Made by a program: the position numbers and the translations under genes. 64,000 nucleotides of DNA. Origin: Planctomycetota bacterium. GTDB taxonomy: Bacteria; Planctomycetota; GCA-002687715; CAIWVZ01. Below the pieces are notes generated by a model. That model ran no database searches, was not told the origin of the DNA, and worked only from the letters and a program-made list of their open reading frames with translations. Positions 20,346-30,768 of the stretch are shown here, piece by piece (the first letter of the stretch is position 1; every line of letters starts with the position of its first letter). Where the stretch lies: NCBI GenBank assembly GCA_044222185.1, contig JBGANV010000003.1, positions 448,001-512,000 of the forward strand. Direction: 5' to 3'.

Positions 20346-21374
20346 TCAGGGAGAGAACGTGACGTCGTCGAAGATCGCGACGATGCTGGCCGGCGCCGAG
20401 TTCGAGTAGACCATCGCGCCGACCTGGACGGTCGCCGCGAACTCCGGATGGAGGTGACTGCGCAGAAGCGTCCACGAGGTCGCGCCGACGGCCCGGAAGT
20501 AGAGGGCGATCAGCGCGCCTTGCCGTGTGATCCGCAGCTCGCCGTCCGGAGTCGAGATCGGGTAGAGGATGAAATCCGAGGATGAGGCCACCGTCGTCTT
20601 GTCCTCCGCCGCGACGGGCACGGCCGCGGTCCCCGCACCGAGTGCCACGTGGGCGGAGTTCCGATTCCCGGGAACGGAGTTCGGATCGCGCACGATCAGC
20701 CCGCCGAGGCGGTACGGAAACGGAGGCGGCTGAGTCGGAGCCAGCGGATTCCGCGCGTGGATGGTCGCCGTCACGGTGAAGTCGCCCGTGACCGATTTGT
20801 AGACCATGGGACCCTCGCCGTCCGCGAACCACGTGGCGGCGTTACCCGTCGCGAGCGGCTGGAGCCGGAGCGATCCGCCCGTGACGGTGATCTGTACCAG
20901 CCCCGGATTCCAGACGCTCCAGCTCGATGAGAGCGTCGAACCCGTGAACGTGTCGCTCAGTGCCGAGAGCGTCTGCACCGACGTCTGGAACGGCGTCGTC
21001 TTCGCGAGGGTCACACCGCCGGCCCCGCTGCTGACGACGACCGCCTGAGCGAACACGGTGAGGAGAGGGATCGCCGGAGGAACCACCGTCGCGAACGTCG
21101 CGCCGCCACCCGCGTCGGCCGGCGTCACGGAGAGGATCGTCACGGGCTCCAGGACGTCGAGGCACAGCGTCGTCGGTGGAAAGCACGTGCCTGAACCGAT
21201 GCCGGTCAACGAGAGGAGAAACGCCACGTCGGCACCTGGAATGGCGCCGCTCACTTGCAGTGCGGCCGGTTGGCCGAGGATCAGATCGGTGTGGGTCAGC
21301 GACTGGGCGCGGACCAGGCCGGCAGTGTGAACCGTCGCCGCGACCACGAGGACGAAGGCCTGAAGGCGTTGCAT
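20346..21374 (-). CDS. Secreted protein with C-terminal concanavalin A-like (DUF1349-like) domain
   Basis: Signal peptide ending VRAQ; DTF.G..L...W, GPMVYKSVTGDF.V, GGLIVRD, LRITRQG, VQVG, FDDVTF. Confidence 0.72.
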   Translation of the reverse strand: MQRLQAFVLVVAATVHTAGLVRAQSLTHTDLILGQPAALQVSGAIPGADVAFLLSLTGIGSGTCFPPTTLCLDVLEPVTILSVTPADAGGGATFATVVPPAIPLLTVFAQAVVVSSGAGGVTLAKTTPFQTSVQTLSALSDTFTGSTLSSSWSVWNPGLVQITVTGGSLRLQPLATGNAATWFADGEGPMVYKSVTGDFTVTATIHARNPLAPTQPPPFPYRLGGLIVRDPNSVPGNRNSAHVALGAGTAAVPVAAEDKTTVASSSDFILYPISTPDGELRITRQGALIALYFRAVGATSWTLLRSHLHPEFAATVQVGAMVYSNSAPASIVAIFDDVTFSP

Positions 21375-21441
21375 GCGTGGAAACCTCGGGGGCGTGGTGA
21401 GTCTACACGACCGCGCAGGCATGGTGCAGCCGCACCGGGCG

Positions 21442-23160
21442 TCACGACTTCTCGAAGCGCTGCACCGACCTTCCGTTCACCGTCACGACCAGTGCGACCG
21501 GACGACCATCCTTCCAGACGACCTCCAGCGGAGACTCCGTCGTCCCCTTGTCCCAGTCGAACGCGGAGAGCCGCGTCCTCGTCGTGGGTGCGACGCGGCG
21601 CTCGGAGCCGAATCGCGGGCCGGTCAGGTTGAAGCCGCTCAGTCGGCCGTGGTCGATCACCACCGTCGCCCGCGAAACGCCGCGGGACGGCCGTGGCGCG
21701 AAGGTGACCTCCGTCACGCCTTCGCTCGGCGACTGCGTACCGATGGGATCCCACTCGTCGATCACACCGAGCGGGGCGACGAAGCCGGGCCAGTGCAGGC
21801 TCACGAGGTCGTCGGGCCAACGCGACGGCAGTCCATCGCGCACGACTCTCCGGATCGGCGCGGCATCCTTTGCGATCAGCGCCGCGATGACGGTGCGAGC
21901 CACCTCGACCGCAGGCTGCGCCTCGGCACGCCCACCCGAGAGCCACCGGGACGCGTCCACGCCCTCGGCTCCCACGAGGAAGCCGCCGCCGTCGCGCTCG
22001 AGGACGAGCCGCTCTCCGGCCGCCGATGCGTACGTCCCAGATAGCGACGTCAGTTCCGCATCCGACAAGTTTGCGAGTGCCGGTGGCTCGGGGCACTGCG
22101 GCTGCCCGTCGAACATGGCGGCCTCGAGGCTCCACGCCGGCATCCACGGCGGGACGACGTCGGTGTTGGCGAGCACGACGATCACGACCTTCTCCTCGGG
22201 GAAGATCTGGAACTCCGAACGAAAGCCCTTCACGTCCCCTCCGTGGGAGATCCGGTGCGTCTTGCGGGCGGTCGTCGTGACTCCCCACCCCAGGCCCTGG
22301 TCCTTCACGCTCTCCGTCTGCATCAATCGAACGCTTTCGGGTTTCAGCACGCGCCCGCCCTCGAACGCGACGGCGAACCGGACCAGGTCGTTCGCCGACG
22401 CCACGATCCCCCCGATCCCCTTGTAGTGCCATCCGAACGTCCCGTAGGGATGCTCTGCGGCGTAACGCACCGCGGCGCCCGCGGCGTAGCCGATGGCCTG
22501 CCGCTCCTTCGGCATCGCATCCCCGGTGAATCCGGTGTCGACGAGTCCGGCCGGCGCGAAGACGTTCTCGCGGCAGTAGTCGAGGAAGGGCTTCCCGGAA
22601 ACCCGCTCCACGAGTGCGCCGAGGATCGCGAACCCGCCGTTCCAATACTCGAACGTCTTGCCGGGCCGGTGCGCTCGTGGCGGTTTCAGATAGGCGGCCA
22701 CGGCTACGTCACGATCGTCGCCGCGGCCGTCGGCGGCGCTTCGCGGCATCCCGGACGTGTGCGTGAGAAGGTGTCGCACCGTGATGTCGGATTTGTCCCC
22801 GGGCACGCCGGAAAGATGGCGAGAGATCGGATCGTCGAGCTTGATGCGCCCGGCCTCGACCAGCTTCATGACGGCGCACGCCGTGAACGGCTTCGTGACG
22901 GATGCGATCTCGAAGAGGGTGTTCTCGTCGATTCGCCGGCCCGACGTGCGATCAGCCAACCCGCCACGACCCGTGAACACGACCAGTCCGTCCTTGGCGA
23001 CGAGGGCGACGCCGGAGAACCCGAACGCCGTGCAGGCAGCGAAATAGGCCTCCATGCGCGCCGCTTGGGCCGACTGGGATGGCGCCGGCTCGGCGATCGT
23101 GACGACGAGCAACGCGGCAGCTGCCCACGTCCTGGCACCTGAACGAAGCGTCTTGTGCAT
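21442..23160 (-). CDS. Secreted serine hydrolase of the beta-lactamase class C/PBP-like family
   Basis: FEIASVTK (SxxK), LLTHTSG, EYWNGG (YxN), HGGD. Confidence 0.9.
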   Translation of the reverse strand: MHKTLRSGARTWAAAALLVVTIAEPAPSQSAQAARMEAYFAACTAFGFSGVALVAKDGLVVFTGRGGLADRTSGRRIDENTLFEIASVTKPFTACAVMKLVEAGRIKLDDPISRHLSGVPGDKSDITVRHLLTHTSGMPRSAADGRGDDRDVAVAAYLKPPRAHRPGKTFEYWNGGFAILGALVERVSGKPFLDYCRENVFAPAGLVDTGFTGDAMPKERQAIGYAAGAAVRYAAEHPYGTFGWHYKGIGGIVASANDLVRFAVAFEGGRVLKPESVRLMQTESVKDQGLGWGVTTTARKTHRISHGGDVKGFRSEFQIFPEEKVVIVVLANTDVVPPWMPAWSLEAAMFDGQPQCPEPPALANLSDAELTSLSGTYASAAGERLVLERDGGGFLVGAEGVDASRWLSGGRAEAQPAVEVARTVIAALIAKDAAPIRRVVRDGLPSRWPDDLVSLHWPGFVAPLGVIDEWDPIGTQSPSEGVTEVTFAPRPSRGVSRATVVIDHGRLSGFNLTGPRFGSERRVAPTTRTRLSAFDWDKGTTESPLEVVWKDGRPVALVVTVNGRSVQRFEKS

Positions 23161-23437
23161 CCGATGTGTCCGTATCCTGCGCGGTCCGCCGGTTCACGCG
23201 CGGCGCCGCCACGCGGCGGCGGCCCGGCGCGAACCTCAGGTGTGCGGCGGCGACGCCGCTCGGCCACCGTTTCTCGATCGACGGCGGGCGCCCCCTGTGG
23301 AGTCGCCCGCCCGTACCTGGAACACTGCTCGCCGCGTCCGGACTCGTCGCGCACTCGTGCGGCTTTCTCCGGCGCGGCCACATCCTACCCAGACCGAACC
23401 CGCCCGGCTCAGCCACCGTGCGGCGAGGATCCACCGC

Positions 23438-24043
23438 ATGAGCCCGGCCACTGACTTCTGGAACTGGTTCGCCGCCAACGAACGACGCTTCCGTGACCTC
23501 GAGGGACCGAACGAGGAAGCGCTGCTCGACGAGATCCTCGAACGGATCACACGCGTGGATCCGAACCTCTATTTCGAGATCGGACTGCCCGACGACGGGC
23601 CGCTCGAGTTCGTCGTCACGGCGCAGGGCGATGCCGCGCTCTTTCCCAAGGTGCGCGAGCTCGTCGGCGTCGCGCCGAACATCCCCGGGTGGAACATCGT
23701 CGGTCCCAAGCCACCTCAGGGATTCGACACGGTCGTATCCCCTGCCGGCGTCGAGCTGGACCCGGGCGAGTGCTGGTTCGTCCCGTTCGAACCCGAGGAG
23801 TCGCCCACGGAACTCGGGCTGCTCCTCGTCGGGCCCGGTTACTCGGACGAGACGCGCGACGACTTCGCCGCGGCGATGTGCCAGATCATCGAGGAAGGCC
23901 TGGGCGAGGTCTCGGCGGCAGAAGACATCCAGTTCGTCGAGTTCGGCCCACTGCCCGATGACCCCGCCGCGGACGGCTTCATCGAACTCATGGAACTCGA
24001 GAGCTACATCACGCAACGCAAGACGCGCCGCGCGGCGAAATAG
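23438..24043 (+). CDS. Acidic hypothetical protein
   Basis: MSPATDFWNWF...LYFEIG...EFVVTAQG...APNIPGW; coding-like composition; the 5' extension in the ORF track looks non-coding. Confidence 0.7.
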   Translation: MSPATDFWNWFAANERRFRDLEGPNEEALLDEILERITRVDPNLYFEIGLPDDGPLEFVVTAQGDAALFPKVRELVGVAPNIPGWNIVGPKPPQGFDTVVSPAGVELDPGECWFVPFEPEESPTELGLLLVGPGYSDETRDDFAAAMCQIIEEGLGEVSAAEDIQFVEFGPLPDDPAADGFIELMELESYITQRKTRRAAK

Positions 24044-24338
24044 CGCCGAGCTGAGCGCGCGCGGTCGCCAGCGACGCGCACGCACCACGAGCCGACGGCG
24101 GCCGCTCCGTGCGCAACCGCACGCGGCGCAGCACGCTCGCACGACGCCGGTTTCGGAGAAGCGTTCCCTCAGCGCCGCTTTGCCGCGCCATCACTCGAAG
24201 GCGCGACGCGAACTCGAACTTCTCCGGCCCCACACCGGCTCTTTACGAAGGGCCGCCAAGACATAACCTCGTCTCCCCGAACCCGATCAGGGTTCGCGTT
24301 TCACCCAGCCCCCTGCGCAATCACAAACAGGAAGTCTC

Positions 24339-27300
24339 GTGACAAAGCCCCAATCTGTCGGGTCCATGGCCTCGGTCCGCCATCGGCTCGCGACGTCGAC
24401 ATGCCTCGTCCTCCTCGCCTCGCTATCGGCCACGCTGCCTGCGCAAGCGCCGATCGCGCCGGGCCACGTCGTCGCTCTCCGCCTCGGTGACGGCGCCGCC
24501 GCACTCGGCTCGGCCGCCGCCGCCGTGTTCCTCGATGAATACACCGCGGCGGGCTCGCTCGTCCAGACGATCGCGCTGCCGACGTCGGCAGCGGATGCCA
24601 TCACGAACTCCGGCACGGCGACGTCCGAGGGGTTCCTCAATCTCTCCTCGAACGGTCAGTTCCTGGTCCACGCCGGATACCGGGCGATCCCGGGAACCGC
24701 GAGTGTCGTCACCAGCGCTGCGGCGCGAGTCATCTCACGAGTCGCGTTGAGCGGCGGCATCGACACGACGACGGCACTCACCGACGCGTACCTCGCGAGC
24801 AGCGTTCGCAGCGTCGCGACGGTCGATGGGACGCAGTTCTGGGTCGGCGGTACGGGGAGCCCGACGACGAGCGCCGGCGTGCGTTTCGTCTCCGGCGTGG
24901 GCCAGTCCACGTCGACGCAGCTCAGCTCGACCGTCACCAACAATCGCGTCGTGAACATCTTCAACGGCCAGCTCTACACGGGGAGCGCGTCAGGTGCGTT
25001 CCTCGGCGTGTCGACGGTCGGCACGGGCCTTCCCACGACGAGTGGCCAGGTCACGACGTTGCTCCCTGGATTCTCCGCAGTCACCGGCAACTCGACGTAC
25101 GACTACTTCTTCGCAGACAACTCCACTCTGTACGTCGCGGATGACCGGACGACGACCGCTGGCGGGATCCAGAAGTGGGTCCTCTCGTCGGGCACGTGGA
25201 CGCTCCAATACACGTTGAACCCCGCGACGGGAGTCGGGTGCCGCGGCCTGTCTGGCGTGGTCAACGGCGGAACGACCACGTTGTACGCGACGACCACGCA
25301 GGCCACCGGAAACGCTCTCGTGTCCGTCACGGACGCGGGACCTGGCGCCGCGTCACCGTTCACGACGGTCGCGAATGCGGGAACGAACCGGATCTTCCGC
25401 GGGGTGCGCTTCATCCCGGTCAGCTGCACGGCTGCGCAGATCGCCAGCGGCGGCGACCCCGTACCGGCGACCGTGTGCGCAGGCGCGCCGGCGTCGTTCA
25501 CCGTGAGCGCGACGGGCACGCCGACGATCGCTTTCCAGTGGCGCAAGAACCTGAACCCGATCTCGGGCGCCACGACGGCGACGTTCACCATTCCCATCGT
25601 GACCGTCGGGGACGGCGGGTCGTATGACTGCATGGTGACGAACGGCTGCGGATCGGCGACGAGTGCGGCCGCGACCCTCACGGTCGATACGGCGCCGACC
25701 ATCGACACGCCGCCAGCTTCCGTCAGCGCCTGCGAGGGCACGCCCGCGTCGTTCACCGTTTCCGCTACCGGCACGGCGCCGCTCACCTTCCAGTGGCGCA
25801 AGAACGGCAACCCGATCGGCGGAGCGACGCTCGCGACGTTCTCCATCGGGTCGGTGACGAACGGCGACGCCGACACCTACGACTGCGTCGTCACGAACGG
25901 GTGCGGATCGGCCACGAGCGCCGGTGCGACTCTGGACGTGACGGCACCGCCGGCGCCGTCCGCGCCCGCGCCCGTGGTGACGTGCGAGGGCCTCGGAGCG
26001 TCGTTCGATGCGACGGCGACCGGGACGGGCCCGATCACCTACCAGTGGCGGAAGGACACGAACCCGATCTCTGGCGCCACCTCCCCCACGTTCGTCATCG
26101 GATCGGTGACGACCTTCGATGCGGGCGCGTACGACTGCGTCGTGTCGAACGGCTGCGGTTCGGTCACGAGCACGACCGCGACCCTGACCGTGGACGTCGC
26201 GCCGTCCGTGACGTCGCCGCGATCGCCCGTCACCACCTGCGAAGGAACGACCGCGACGTTCAGCGTCTCCGCCTCGGGCACCGCACCCCTGAGCTACCAG
26301 TGGCGAAAGGACGGCAACCCCATCGGCGGCGCCACGCTCGCCACGTTCTCCATCCCGGCCGTCATCGCCGCGGACGCGGGTTCCTACGACTGCGTCGTCA
26401 CCAACGGTTGCGGGTCGGCCACGAGCAGCGCCGCGTCACTCTCCGTCGACCTGGCGCCGGTCGTCGACACGTCGCCCACGGGCACGGTCGTCACTGCCGG
26501 GATGCCGTTCTCACTGTCCGTCTCCGCGTCTGGCACCGCACCGCTCACGTACCAGTGGCGAAAGGACTCGAACGCGATCTCGGGAGCCACTCTCGCCACG
26601 TTCACGGTGAACGCCGCCGCCTTCGCGGACGCTGGATCCTATGACTGCGTCGTGACGAACGGGTGTGGGCAGGCCACGTCGAACGCCGCGGCCGTCACCG
26701 TCGTCCCGGCCAACGACCTGTGCACCACCGCCGCGCCGGTCACGGTCGGGCTCGTGATCGGCGACAACGGCACGGCAACCACCGAGCCGGGCCTGCCGCT
26801 CTTCTGCGCGCCTGCATCGCGCGACGTCTGGTACTCGTTCACCAACTCGACGTCCTGCGCGAGCGAGCTCACGCTGTCGCTGTGCGCGGCGGATGGTGCG
26901 GGCGCGTCCTTCCCCGCCGTCCTCGGAGCGTTCACGGGCGGATGCGGGTCACTCGTCCTCGCGGCTTGCGATGCCGGCTCGTGCGGCACCGCGCCGAGCG
27001 CGGCCGGCGGCGTCCCTGGCGGAGTCCCGCGCCTCACGCTGACGGCACCGGCCGGCGTCACATACCTGATCTCCGTGAGTGCGCTCGGCTTCGCTCCAGG
27101 CGGGTCGTTCACGCTGGCCGTCATCACGCACTCGGCCGTGAGCGAAACCTACGGCACGTCGTGCGACGCGTCCGCCGGTACGTTGAATGGCACCCTGCCG
27201 ATCCTCGGACAGGTCGGATGCCTGTCGATCAACGGCGCGGCGCCCGATGCTCCCGGCCTGCTGCTCTTCAGCGGACCGACGGCCCCGCCGTACGCGCCCT

Positions 27301-27506
27301 TCGGGTCGTGCAGCATCTATCTGGCGCCGGCAGGCATCGGCATCTTCCTCGGAATCACGACCGACGCGCTCGGCTCCTGGTCGTTCTGCTCGACGATCCC
27401 CAACGATCCGCTCCTCCAATGCGCCGACGTTCGATTCCAGGCGTTTCTCTTCACGCCGACGGGATTCTCGCTGACGAACGGTTTGCGATTGACGCTGGGT
27501 ACGTGA
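24339..27506 (+). CDS. Secreted protein with five tandem Ig-like domains and a conserved C-terminal domain
   Basis: Signal peptide ending LPAQA; five copies of [FY]QWRK...YDC.V[TS]NGCG..TS; PANDLC...DVWYSF domain after them. Confidence 0.88.
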   Translation: MTKPQSVGSMASVRHRLATSTCLVLLASLSATLPAQAPIAPGHVVALRLGDGAAALGSAAAAVFLDEYTAAGSLVQTIALPTSAADAITNSGTATSEGFLNLSSNGQFLVHAGYRAIPGTASVVTSAAARVISRVALSGGIDTTTALTDAYLASSVRSVATVDGTQFWVGGTGSPTTSAGVRFVSGVGQSTSTQLSSTVTNNRVVNIFNGQLYTGSASGAFLGVSTVGTGLPTTSGQVTTLLPGFSAVTGNSTYDYFFADNSTLYVADDRTTTAGGIQKWVLSSGTWTLQYTLNPATGVGCRGLSGVVNGGTTTLYATTTQATGNALVSVTDAGPGAASPFTTVANAGTNRIFRGVRFIPVSCTAAQIASGGDPVPATVCAGAPASFTVSATGTPTIAFQWRKNLNPISGATTATFTIPIVTVGDGGSYDCMVTNGCGSATSAAATLTVDTAPTIDTPPASVSACEGTPASFTVSATGTAPLTFQWRKNGNPIGGATLATFSIGSVTNGDADTYDCVVTNGCGSATSAGATLDVTAPPAPSAPAPVVTCEGLGASFDATATGTGPITYQWRKDTNPISGATSPTFVIGSVTTFDAGAYDCVVSNGCGSVTSTTATLTVDVAPSVTSPRSPVTTCEGTTATFSVSASGTAPLSYQWRKDGNPIGGATLATFSIPAVIAADAGSYDCVVTNGCGSATSSAASLSVDLAPVVDTSPTGTVVTAGMPFSLSVSASGTAPLTYQWRKDSNAISGATLATFTVNAAAFADAGSYDCVVTNGCGQATSNAAAVTVVPANDLCTTAAPVTVGLVIGDNGTATTEPGLPLFCAPASRDVWYSFTNSTSCASELTLSLCAADGAGASFPAVLGAFTGGCGSLVLAACDAGSCGTAPSAAGGVPGGVPRLTLTAPAGVTYLISVSALGFAPGGSFTLAVITHSAVSETYGTSCDASAGTLNGTLPILGQVGCLSINGAAPDAPGLLLFSGPTAPPYAPFGSCSIYLAPAGIGIFLGITTDALGSWSFCSTIPNDPLLQCADVRFQAFLFTPTGFSLTNGLRLTLGT
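25470..26705 (+). repeat. Five ~250-bp intragenic Ig-domain repeats
   Basis: Recurring cagtggcg[cga]aag and gactgc..gt.acgaacgg.tg.gg blocks. Confidence 0.85.
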
Positions 27507-27517
27507 TCGAGCACGCG

Positions 27518-27548
27518 GGTCGCGGTGCCGGACGCCGGCACCGCGACC
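27518..27548. terminator. Perfect 14-bp hairpin between convergent genes, probable terminator
   Basis: GGTCGCGGTGCCGG-ACG-CCGGCACCGCGACC followed by GCTTTC, 11 nt after the stop at 27506. Confidence 0.7.
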
Positions 27549-27599
27549 GCTTTCACGAGAGCGCACTCCGCGTCTCCGCGATGGCCCGTCGACGCGCGG

Positions 27600-28635
27600 T
27601 CACCGCGCAGCGCGAAATGCGCGCTCGAACCCGGCCTTGCACGCGGCGCAGAGTACGTCGGACTCCGCGTCAGGCTCCTCCAGGCTGATGCAGAACGCTC
27701 GGGCGCACCCGGGATCCGTGCACCGCTCCACACCGAAGACGTGTCCGGCGCTTGCGAGCGCCTGCTTCAGCACTCGCGTCGTGAGGCGCGACCGCAGCGG
27801 CGTCTCGCCGAAGAACTCCGCCCTGTACCTCGCATAGGAGAACACGCCGAGGTCGCCCTCGGCCTGACCGAACAGGTAGTTGTGATCGTCGGCGTAGATG
27901 TCGAGTCTCGTCACCGCGAGATACGCCACGCCTTTCTTGCGGAACTGCTCGAGGCGCGTCTTCAACTGCTCTCGGATGAGGGCCGCGTCCCATTGCTGGC
28001 GCAGTGTCGCCAGACGGATCGATGCGTCGAATGCAGCGACGGCGACGGGGCCGCCAGTCTCCGCGCGGAGCCACCGCTCGACGGCCAGCAGGTTCTGGTC
28101 GGCGGCCAGCTCACCCGTCGAGAGTCCGATCTTCGCGAGCGCGCGCTTGACTTCTGGAGATTCGACGCGCTTCATCAGCGCGGTACGCATCCGCCGGAGC
28201 GTCTCCCCGAGCGCGTCGCGTCCGGGCTGCCCCATCTCGAACTCGAGCTGACGAACGCGCCGGGATACCCAGTGTCTTCGAGAGCGTTTGGGCGAGTTCG
28301 ACGATCAGCAGCGGATCGAAATCCCCGATGGGCAGCAGAACGAGCGCTGGCGTGGTCTCCGGCGCCATCTCCAGTCGCACCGGACGTGTTTCCGGCGTCG
28401 GCGTCCCGATCACGGCACGCGCGCGGAGCACGAGCGCGTCGTCCTCGCAGAGCGTCTCGACGACGCGGTCGCGCGCCTGCACGACGTCGAGCGCGAGAAC
28501 CTCGTCCGCCGACTTCTTCAGCTTTCCAGGGTCACCGTCCTGAGTCACCGCGACCGCACAGAGGATCGCGCACGCAAGAGCGACTTTGACCGTGATCGGT
28601 GCGCACTCACGCGAGGCATGGACGGTCGGGGACAT
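27600..28635 (-). pseudogene. Archaemetzincin (M54)-like protein with degenerate active site, frameshifted near 28258
   Basis: GAGGAGG RBS then MSPTVH..., signal-like segment, LVLLPIGDFD...LGIP; continues in another frame as RVRQLEFEMGQP...LAVTRLDIYADDHNYLFGQA...CTDPGC...LCAAC. Confidence 0.72.
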
Positions 28636-29010
28636 CGAACCCTCCTCTCGAACGGCCGCGGCGCTCCGCTGCGGCCAGCGTCTTTTCCGGAGCCGTCGCG
28701 ACCGGCGAGGTCTCCGTCGAGCTGCGACGTTCCAGGACCGCGGGATTGTAGTCGATCGCGTCGCCGTCGTGTGTTGCTCCGCCGAAAGGCGCACGCCCGC
28801 CATGGCGCGTGCGCCGCAGTGTCCGAGGCCGCAAGCCGGGGCGGTCCGACGAACGCGGCAGCAGACGGGGACGATCGCACGACGTCGAATCGGCGGCGGA
28901 GCGGGGCGTCGATCCCCGAACCTTCGTTGCAACGCCGTGTGTTGGACGCGGTGAGTCGTCGGACAGGATCGCCGCTTCCCTCCCAGCCGCTGCCGGCCAC
29001 GCGGCCCAAT

Positions 29011-29030
29011 ACTTAGGCCTTGACCTAAGT
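29011..29030. promoter_or_regulatory. Palindromic operator upstream of the ArsR-SRPBCC pair
   Basis: ACTTAGG-N6-CCTAAGT perfect inverted repeat, AT-rich relative to its surroundings. Confidence 0.72.
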
Positions 29031-29076
29031 GTTCGACTTGGCACAATCGAAGCGCCCCGAGCCCGCGACGACGCCC

Positions 29077-29415
29077 ATGACGACCGCCACCGACACGATG
29101 GACGACATCTTCCGCGCCCTTGCGGACTCGACGCGTCGCCGGGTCGTCGCGCGGCTTTGTCGAAGTCCGGCGACCGTCAGCGAGCTTGCCGAGCCTTTCG
29201 ACATGGCCCTCCCGTCGTTCTCCCAGCACCTCGGCGTACTCGAGGACTGCGGGTTGGTGCAATCGCGCAAGGAGGGCCGGGTGCGGACCTACGAGATCGT
29301 CCCGAAGCGGCTCAAGGTGGCTGAGGATTGGCTCCTCCAGCAACGAAGCCTGTGGGAACGCCGGTTGGACCAGCTCGACGACTACCTGTTGAAGCTCAAG
29401 AAGGAGCGCAAATGA
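29077..29415 (+). CDS. ArsR/SmtB family transcriptional regulator
   Basis: [10 protein letters not shown]...[36 protein letters not shown]. Start may be 29029, 29077 or 29098. Confidence 0.92.
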   Translation: MTTATDTMDDIFRALADSTRRRVVARLCRSPATVSELAEPFDMALPSFSQHLGVLEDCGLVQSRKEGRVRTYEIVPKRLKVAEDWLLQQRSLWERRLDQLDDYLLKLKKERK

Positions 29416-29897
29416 GTTTGCCTCGTGGATTCAAACCTGATCCGAAGCTCGACCTCGTACTCGAACGGACCGTCGACGTACCGCGCGACCTGGTGTGGGC
29501 AGCATGGACGCAACCGGAGCACCTGAAGAAGTGGTTCTGCCCGGTTCCGTGGCGCGTCGTCGAATGTGAGATCGACCTGAGGCCCGGCGGAATGTTCCGA
29601 ACGGTGATGCGCGGACCGGAGGGTCAGGAGTTCCCGGGCAACGGCTGCTATCTCGAAGTCGTTCCGATGGAGCGACTCATCTGGACCGATGCGCTCCTCC
29701 CCGGGTATCGCCCGGCACCAGAGCCCTTCTTCACCGGCATGCTCAGCCTCGAGTCGGTCGGAGCCGCCACGCGGTACACGGCGATCGCGATCCACCGCGA
29801 CACGGAGACCCGCGACAAGCACGAGAAGATGGGGTTCCACGACGGCTGGGGCAAGGCGCTCGATCAGCTCGTCGCCATGGCGAAGACGATGCGATGA
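29412..29897 (+). CDS. SRPBCC/AHSA1 domain protein
   Basis: [44 protein letters not shown]; ATGA overlap with the arsR-like gene. Confidence 0.92.
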   Translation: MSLPRGFKPDPKLDLVLERTVDVPRDLVWAAWTQPEHLKKWFCPVPWRVVECEIDLRPGGMFRTVMRGPEGQEFPGNGCYLEVVPMERLIWTDALLPGYRPAPEPFFTGMLSLESVGAATRYTAIAIHRDTETRDKHEKMGFHDGWGKALDQLVAMAKTMR

Positions 29898-29934
29898 CGC
29901 GACGGGAGATCGGCGCCAGCGGGGCCATGACGGC

Positions 29935-30768
29935 TCAGTCGACGCCGATCCCCCACCCGGTCCCGCGACAGCTCGTGCACGGGCTCGCGTCCTGGTTCGT
30001 GCCCGCGCCGGCGCACGCCGCGCACGCTCCGGCGCCCGCAGGCCGATCCGGCCACAGCGCCAACAGATCCATGTGACGCTCCGCGGCCCTCATGAGCGCA
30101 GAGTCGCGAAGCGCACCCGACACGCCTTGCACCGCGCCGCTTTGGACGTCGAGGCGAATCACGGACGCGTCCCGCATCAGGACGAGGGGACCGTCGATGC
30201 CGAGCTCGATCGGCACGCCGCCCGTCGCGCGTGCCGCCGCAGCCCCGAATGAAGGCCCCCGCGCAGCCTCTCGCGACAATCGCTCGATCGCCGGCACGAG
30301 GCGCACGTGATCCCGAGCCGAGCGGACCCACGGGAACTCAGCGACCACGAGATCAGGCCGCCCCAACGCGACCAGCGCGGCGCGCGCCGCCCGCTTCCCC
30401 ATCACGTGCCGCCCGTGCCCGCGTTGAGCGACCCGCATGGCCGACGACACGCGATCATCGGCGACGCCGATCCGGCCGAGAGCCTTCGCGACGTGGCGCG
30501 CGATCCAAGGCTCGCGAGCGAGTCCGAGCGACGATCGCGCCAGCTGGTGAGCCACGGAGACATCGCCACGGCAAACTGCACCGATCACGTCCAGAGCCAC
30601 TTTGCGTGCAGGGCCCGACGGCTCCGCCGCGACCATCAGGAGCTCGCGCAGCTCCGCCGCCGCCGGTTGCACCCCGCGTCTTGCGATGGCGACGAGGTGA
30701 CGCGCCCGCTCTTCCTCGACCGCGCGATCGTCGCCAGGCCCATGATGGCGTCGCTCGAGCCTCGTCAC
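29935..30768 (-). CDS. Hypothetical protein with helical N-terminus and C-terminal CxxCxGxG zinc finger
   Basis: Ends CAACAGAG...CTSCRGTGWG; GTGA overlap with the upstream JmjC gene. Confidence 0.65.
   Translation of the reverse strand: MTRLERRHHGPGDDRAVEEERARHLVAIARRGVQPAAAELRELLMVAAEPSGPARKVALDVIGAVCRGDVSVAHQLARSSLGLAREPWIARHVAKALGRIGVADDRVSSAMRVAQRGHGRHVMGKRAARAALVALGRPDLVVAEFPWVRSARDHVRLVPAIERLSREAARGPSFGAAAARATGGVPIELGIDGPLVLMRDASVIRLDVQSGAVQGVSGALRDSALMRAAERHMDLLALWPDRPAGAGACAACAGAGTNQDASPCTSCRGTGWGIGVD

Noticed and set aside
21442-23160. Antibiotic-resistance beta-lactamase linked to the BlaI/M56 pair
   Set aside because: Generic SxxK serine hydrolase 23 kb away with no operator box seen; resistance is unsupported.
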